A stretch of DNA of 28,664 nucleotides from a virus (lineage: Duplodnaviria; Caudoviricetes). This document shows positions 24,668 through 28,664 of the stretch, piece after piece. Position numbers and translations under genes: made by a program. Every line of letters begins with the position of its first letter. Positions within the stretch are counted from its first letter, which is position 1. Location of the stretch: positions 1-28,664 of IMG/VR virus record IMGVR_UViG_3300005512_000242, one strand, 5' to 3'. The notes beneath the pieces were generated by a model that was not told the origin of the DNA, searched no databases, and worked only from the letters and a program-made list of their open reading frames with translations.

Positions 24668-25755
24668 TATTTTTTCCTAATTAAAAGAGAATTGTCTGCA
24701 TCACCCATCCAAAGATATATATGTCCATCTTTATTAACAATCAAGTCACCAACCTTGTAATTTGCGTTACCAGTTTTACTTGGATCATTAGGCGTAACAT
24801 ATCCTAATGCAGTTTCACTTAATGTTTTAAGTGTTTGTTTCATGCCCGGAACATTCAATGATCCAACAGCATTTTCAGTTACATTTCTTAATGCATTTGA
24901 ATATGAATTTTGAACGGCAGTAAATTGTTGAGTGCCAGTTTTTACATTAAATATTGGAGTACCTTGAGTATCCGTATCATACGCCATACCAGATTTATTC
25001 AAATGTCCTTTCAATACCGTATTAAAGTCTTTATTGACTTGCGTTAGGTCAATAGCACCTTTTAATTCATTATCGGCAATTGTGCTTGCAAGATTGGCCT
25101 CTGCCTGTTGTATTTGAATATCTGCAAGTTTTCTTTTCTGAATAATATCAGCTGTTGGAAGAAGTTGTGCGCCTTCTCTAAATCCAAGCTGACCCATTTG
25201 AAAATCTGGAGTTTCTTCTGGCTTACCGTATGTTGCAAATATTTCATCTTGTAAGCCTTCAGTAACATCAACATCAAACAACTTACCATATAAGCCTGCA
25301 CCACCACGCATACCTTTTGGCACTTTAACTAGTGTATCTGGCTGACGCACAAATTTCTTAACATAGTCTGCTTCACCATACCCACCAGTTTTAAGAGATG
25401 CATAGTCAACAAGTGAACTGACACTGCCGCCACCTTTTTCGTGCGCACGTAAGTCTTCTAAATATGATTTTGCACCAGAAATGGTTCCACCGCCACGTCT
25501 ATATAGACCAGCAGCATAATCCATAAGTGTCATACCTTCCGGCACTTGGCTTTCATCAACAAGACTAGCAAACTCTGAAAGCAAATCTGCTACTTCCCTT
25601 TGCTCTTCTTCAGCACGCTGTTGCTCACGTTCAGCACGAATACTGGTACGCTCAAGAATACGGTCTGCACGTTCTTCAGTTCTGCGCATACCGTCCTTCA
25701 GACGCTCATCAATGCTTTTAGCAAGTCCACCTATGAAACCTGATGTAAAACTCAT
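24667..25755 (-). CDS. Putative internal virion protein, 362 aa
   Basis: N-terminal MSFTSGFIGGLA followed by coiled coil; coupled to neighbours. Confidence 0.6.
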   Translation of the reverse strand: MSFTSGFIGGLAKSIDERLKDGMRRTEERADRILERTSIRAEREQQRAEEEQREVADLLSEFASLVDESQVPEGMTLMDYAAGLYRRGGGTISGAKSYLEDLRAHEKGGGSVSSLVDYASLKTGGYGEADYVKKFVRQPDTLVKVPKGMRGGAGLYGKLFDVDVTEGLQDEIFATYGKPEETPDFQMGQLGFREGAQLLPTADIIQKRKLADIQIQQAEANLASTIADNELKGAIDLTQVNKDFNTVLKGHLNKSGMAYDTDTQGTPIFNVKTGTQQFTAVQNSYSNALRNVTENAVGSLNVPGMKQTLKTLSETALGYVTPNDPSKTGNANYKVGDLIVNKDGHIYLWMGDADNSLLIRKK

Positions 25756-26276
25756 TAAGACCTCCTGCTCATTAAACCTGTTTCTTTCTTTTCTTCTACA
25801 GGCTCTTCCATAGGCATTTCTTTTGGCTCTTCTTTTTTGCCTTTCTTTTCTTCATTTAATTTAATCTGAAGTTTACGAGCAGTTTTTGCAACGAGCGTAT
25901 TACGAGTACGATTCTTTGTCATTTCTGTCTTTGTATCAAGGCCACTGTCATATTCAATGCCAGCACTGTCTCCGACAAGCATCATCATTTCAACAAGAAC
26001 TGGAAGCACCAACATACCTACATCTACACTGTGAATACCTTCCATAACTCCACCAAGTTGCATTGTGTTTGCAACGCTAGTAATAGGAATACCCATCTCA
26101 AGTATATCTTCAAGTTGCTCAAGAAATTCCTCTGAAGACATACGCTCAAGATAATAATCTACAGCTTCATCTACGGAGTTAAGTTTTGGTGGTGTTTGCC
26201 AAGGTCGTCCACCAACTTCGTGAAGCATTGACATGCCCGGAATTGGTGCATCAAATCTAGGTTCATCTAGAGCCAT
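25755..26276 (-). CDS. Conserved hypothetical late protein, 173 aa
   Basis: DAPIPGMS...PWQTPP; C-terminal GLMSRR. Confidence 0.7.
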   Translation of the reverse strand: MALDEPRFDAPIPGMSMLHEVGGRPWQTPPKLNSVDEAVDYYLERMSSEEFLEQLEDILEMGIPITSVANTMQLGGVMEGIHSVDVGMLVLPVLVEMMMLVGDSAGIEYDSGLDTKTEMTKNRTRNTLVAKTARKLQIKLNEEKKGKKEEPKEMPMEEPVEEKKETGLMSRRS

Positions 26277-26475
26277 TAATTTGCTCCCTTCTCTTGCGGA
26301 GAATTTTCATGTGTTCAATAGTGCGCATAGCAGGTTGACTGCTAATGTCTGGAGTTTTAGTCATTTGTTTTCTAGGAGCAAGTAAGCCAGTAGAAGGCTT
26401 TTCTTCTGTGTCTAGTTTAATATTATCTAAATCAATTGCTCTATAAGCAACTAGTGCAGCATTATACCCACGCAT
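26263..26475 (-). CDS. Hypothetical protein, 70 aa
   Basis: Overlaps both neighbours; GLLAPR motif. Confidence 0.6.
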   Translation of the reverse strand: MRGYNAALVAYRAIDLDNIKLDTEEKPSTGLLAPRKQMTKTPDISSQPAMRTIEHMKILRKRREQINGSR

Positions 26476-28561
26476 CTATTTTACTCCGTTTACGTTCTAT
26501 AATCAAGTCCATAGCTTTCTTTGTGATCCATTTAAGCGCAGGCTTGTTAGAAATAAATTTAGCATAGCTTTCACCGTGCTTTTGGTACAGCTTGTATAGC
26601 CATTTTGGTGCATCATATTTCATCCACAAACGGAATGCATACCAACGTGGATCACCTTTACCGTACACTTCACGTGCTACCCAGCAGAACAAATTACCAA
26701 AGCCATGCTCAATACCTGCACCAAGTACAGTACCTACAAGTCCACCAAGTGCTGATCCTGATGCACTGCTAGATATTTCATTTTGAACAGCTTTACGTGT
26801 TTCTGCATCTAGTTGTGCGATAGCCATATCAGCAATACGGTCTTGTGAGTTTTCAGCAGATGTCCATGCCCATTCCATTGTATCAGCATAATATGTCCAC
26901 AGATTTGCATAGGCTTGATTTGACATGTCCAATACAGCGGCGGCATTCAACTCATTAGCACGATTAACTGCGGCAGTATCTGCTGTAGCAATCTCTCTGC
27001 GCCATTGAGCATTGTTCTGTGCAATCACCAATTGATTCTGCGCATTGAACTGATCACGTTGATTGTTCAATTCGGCATTGAAGCGTTCAAGTGTATTCAC
27101 TTGACCTGCATTAAATTGTGCCTGTGCATTTGATTGTGATGCATTAAACTGTGATACTTGATTAGCCAAGTTAGCAAAGAACTGATCAGTCTGTTGCTGG
27201 CTAGTGGCATTAAACTGACGTGCAGCATTTTCAGCGGCTTGGTCAGTAAACATAGACTGAACACGTTGTTGTGCTTTAAATAAATCTGTTTGCTGTCTAT
27301 TGGAAAGATTAGTAAGGTCTGTCTGCAAGAAGTTTTGTGCATTTTGAACTGCAGCTTGCTGACGATTATTAAGATTTGATGTATCCATATTCGCAAGCGC
27401 ACTTGCCTCTGCCAATACAAGAGCTTGTCTATTTGACAGGTTATTCAAATCCATTGTATTAGCAATACGACTATTTTCTAGTTGTACTTGCTGTTCAGCT
27501 GTAAAGTTCTGATTAGCAATATCAGCAATACGAGAAGCATTTTGAACACGTGTCTGGAACTGTTGATCAAACTCTTGACCCAAGAACCTTGCACGTTGTT
27601 CTGCTGCCATCATTGCTGCTTGTTGACGATTAGATAAGTTCTGTGCTTCAAAACTGGCAACTGTCTGTGCATCTGCTTGTGCAATAGGTAATGCTGATTC
27701 CATTGCGGCTTGAACCATTGCCTGTCCAGCAAGCGATGAAGCACCTAATCCACGAGCAGCCATCTGTGCAGATACATTGAGCATAGCACCTGATGCCCAC
27801 GGAGGTGTAGCACCACCTTGGAATTGCGTCATTAAGTTTTGCAGTTGTCCTTGAACAGTAGCCTGCTGTGAAGGTGTTGCCTGTGCCGCTTGTATTTGTG
27901 CAGTAGCTTGTGCCACTTTATTAGCATCTACAGCATTACCGCTTATAAGTTCACCAGCTTGAATTTGACGTTGTACTGGATTATTAATAAGCTGTGCATT
28001 GCCCTGTGCGGCTTGTAGATTGCCTACAGAGGATGCTGTTTGCTGTGCCGCAGTTACTTGTGAACGAGGGTCTTGTGGATTAGTCTGTGCCGCCTGTGTA
28101 GCAGATAAGGCTGAATCAACTGCTTTTTGCGACTGATCTGCCTGCATCTGTGCGGCTTGCGTTTGTGTAGGACCTGCCGCAGTTGCTGTACCAGCTACAG
28201 CTGTAGGCACTGCAACAGCACCTGATACTGCACCAGTACCTGCTGTAATTTCCTGTGATGGATCATAAGGTGTAGCAGCCGCTACTGTTTCACCACCAAC
28301 TGGCACTGCAGGTTTGTACATACGCTCAACAGTTGTCTCACCAATTGTAGTTCCACCTGCTTGCATTTTAAGTACATTTGATCTTTTTACTGCACCACCC
28401 CTTGCCATCTGCATAGCTTGGTTAGTGTAGTTTTGCATTTGCTGTTGACGCATAGGGTCTTGAGCAAGGTAATCCTGAAAGCCTTGCATACTACCTTGAT
28501 AGCCCATAGAACGTGCTATCTTTTCCATGCCACTAGGCTTAAATGCTTTAAACATTGCCAT
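26462..28561 (-). CDS. Q/A/N-rich putative internal virion protein with C-terminal CWVAREVYG (CFI-box-like) domain
   Basis: Long Gln/Asn/Ala helical repeats (NLSNRQQ, QFNA); Gly-rich hydrophobic segment, then CWVAREVYG...YQKHG. Confidence 0.7.
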   Translation of the reverse strand: MAMFKAFKPSGMEKIARSMGYQGSMQGFQDYLAQDPMRQQQMQNYTNQAMQMARGGAVKRSNVLKMQAGGTTIGETTVERMYKPAVPVGGETVAAATPYDPSQEITAGTGAVSGAVAVPTAVAGTATAAGPTQTQAAQMQADQSQKAVDSALSATQAAQTNPQDPRSQVTAAQQTASSVGNLQAAQGNAQLINNPVQRQIQAGELISGNAVDANKVAQATAQIQAAQATPSQQATVQGQLQNLMTQFQGGATPPWASGAMLNVSAQMAARGLGASSLAGQAMVQAAMESALPIAQADAQTVASFEAQNLSNRQQAAMMAAEQRARFLGQEFDQQFQTRVQNASRIADIANQNFTAEQQVQLENSRIANTMDLNNLSNRQALVLAEASALANMDTSNLNNRQQAAVQNAQNFLQTDLTNLSNRQQTDLFKAQQRVQSMFTDQAAENAARQFNATSQQQTDQFFANLANQVSQFNASQSNAQAQFNAGQVNTLERFNAELNNQRDQFNAQNQLVIAQNNAQWRREIATADTAAVNRANELNAAAVLDMSNQAYANLWTYYADTMEWAWTSAENSQDRIADMAIAQLDAETRKAVQNEISSSASGSALGGLVGTVLGAGIEHGFGNLFCWVAREVYGKGDPRWYAFRLWMKYDAPKWLYKLYQKHGESYAKFISNKPALKWITKKAMDLIIERKRSKIDAWV

Positions 28562-28565
28562 TCAC

Positions 28566-28664
28566 TTAATCCCTACTCAATACTTTGTCCAACTTATCCT
28601 CGACACGATGCAAGGCATCCATAACCTGCCGCATATCGTCACGTAGTTCCATGCGAGTTGCATA
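28566..28664 (-). CDS. 3' end of a small coiled-coil protein truncated by the window edge
   Basis: YATRMELRDDMRQVMDALHRVEDKLDKVLSRD*. Confidence 0.65.
   Translation of the reverse strand, partial: YATRMELRDDMRQVMDALHRVEDKLDKVLSRD

Noticed and set aside
26900-27700. Q/N-rich repeats as a DNA tandem repeat or prion-like element
   Set aside because: Repeats are degenerate at DNA level and explained by a helical coiled-coil virion protein

Overview
A 28.7 kb segment of a dsDNA phage genome, most likely an HMO-2011-type marine podovirus infecting alphaproteobacteria. The diagnostic is a family-A DNA polymerase with an inserted DnaJ-like CxxCxGxG zinc finger, together with the order integrase-primase-helicase-polA-SSB-exonuclease-endonuclease-DUF3310-class II RNR-MazG and no phage RNA polymerase in the window. 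The plus strand (1-21.0 kb) carries an early/accessory region of small genes (GP88-like, ArfA-like, DUF1281-like, C5 cytosine methyltransferase coupled to a PP-loop/PAPS-reductase-like Fe-S protein, DenV-like glycosylase, DUF932), followed by the replication/nucleotide module. It converges at a bidirectional terminator (~21,020) with minus-strand genes for putative internal virion proteins. The most notable unexplained structures are: (1) seven copies of an A-tract-flanked palindrome GTAATCACTGATTAC, mostly at early gene junctions, two rewritten to contain the Shine-Dalgarno and one inside the first codons of the integrase; (2) a second palindrome family CCCAGGWCCTGGG that accounts for every CCWGG site I could find in a genome otherwise lacking CCWGG and almost lacking CGCG; (3) a methyltransferase plus PP-loop Fe-S gene pair that is a candidate DNA-modification system. 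All family calls come from motif recognition by eye; no searches were run, and motif counts are manual.
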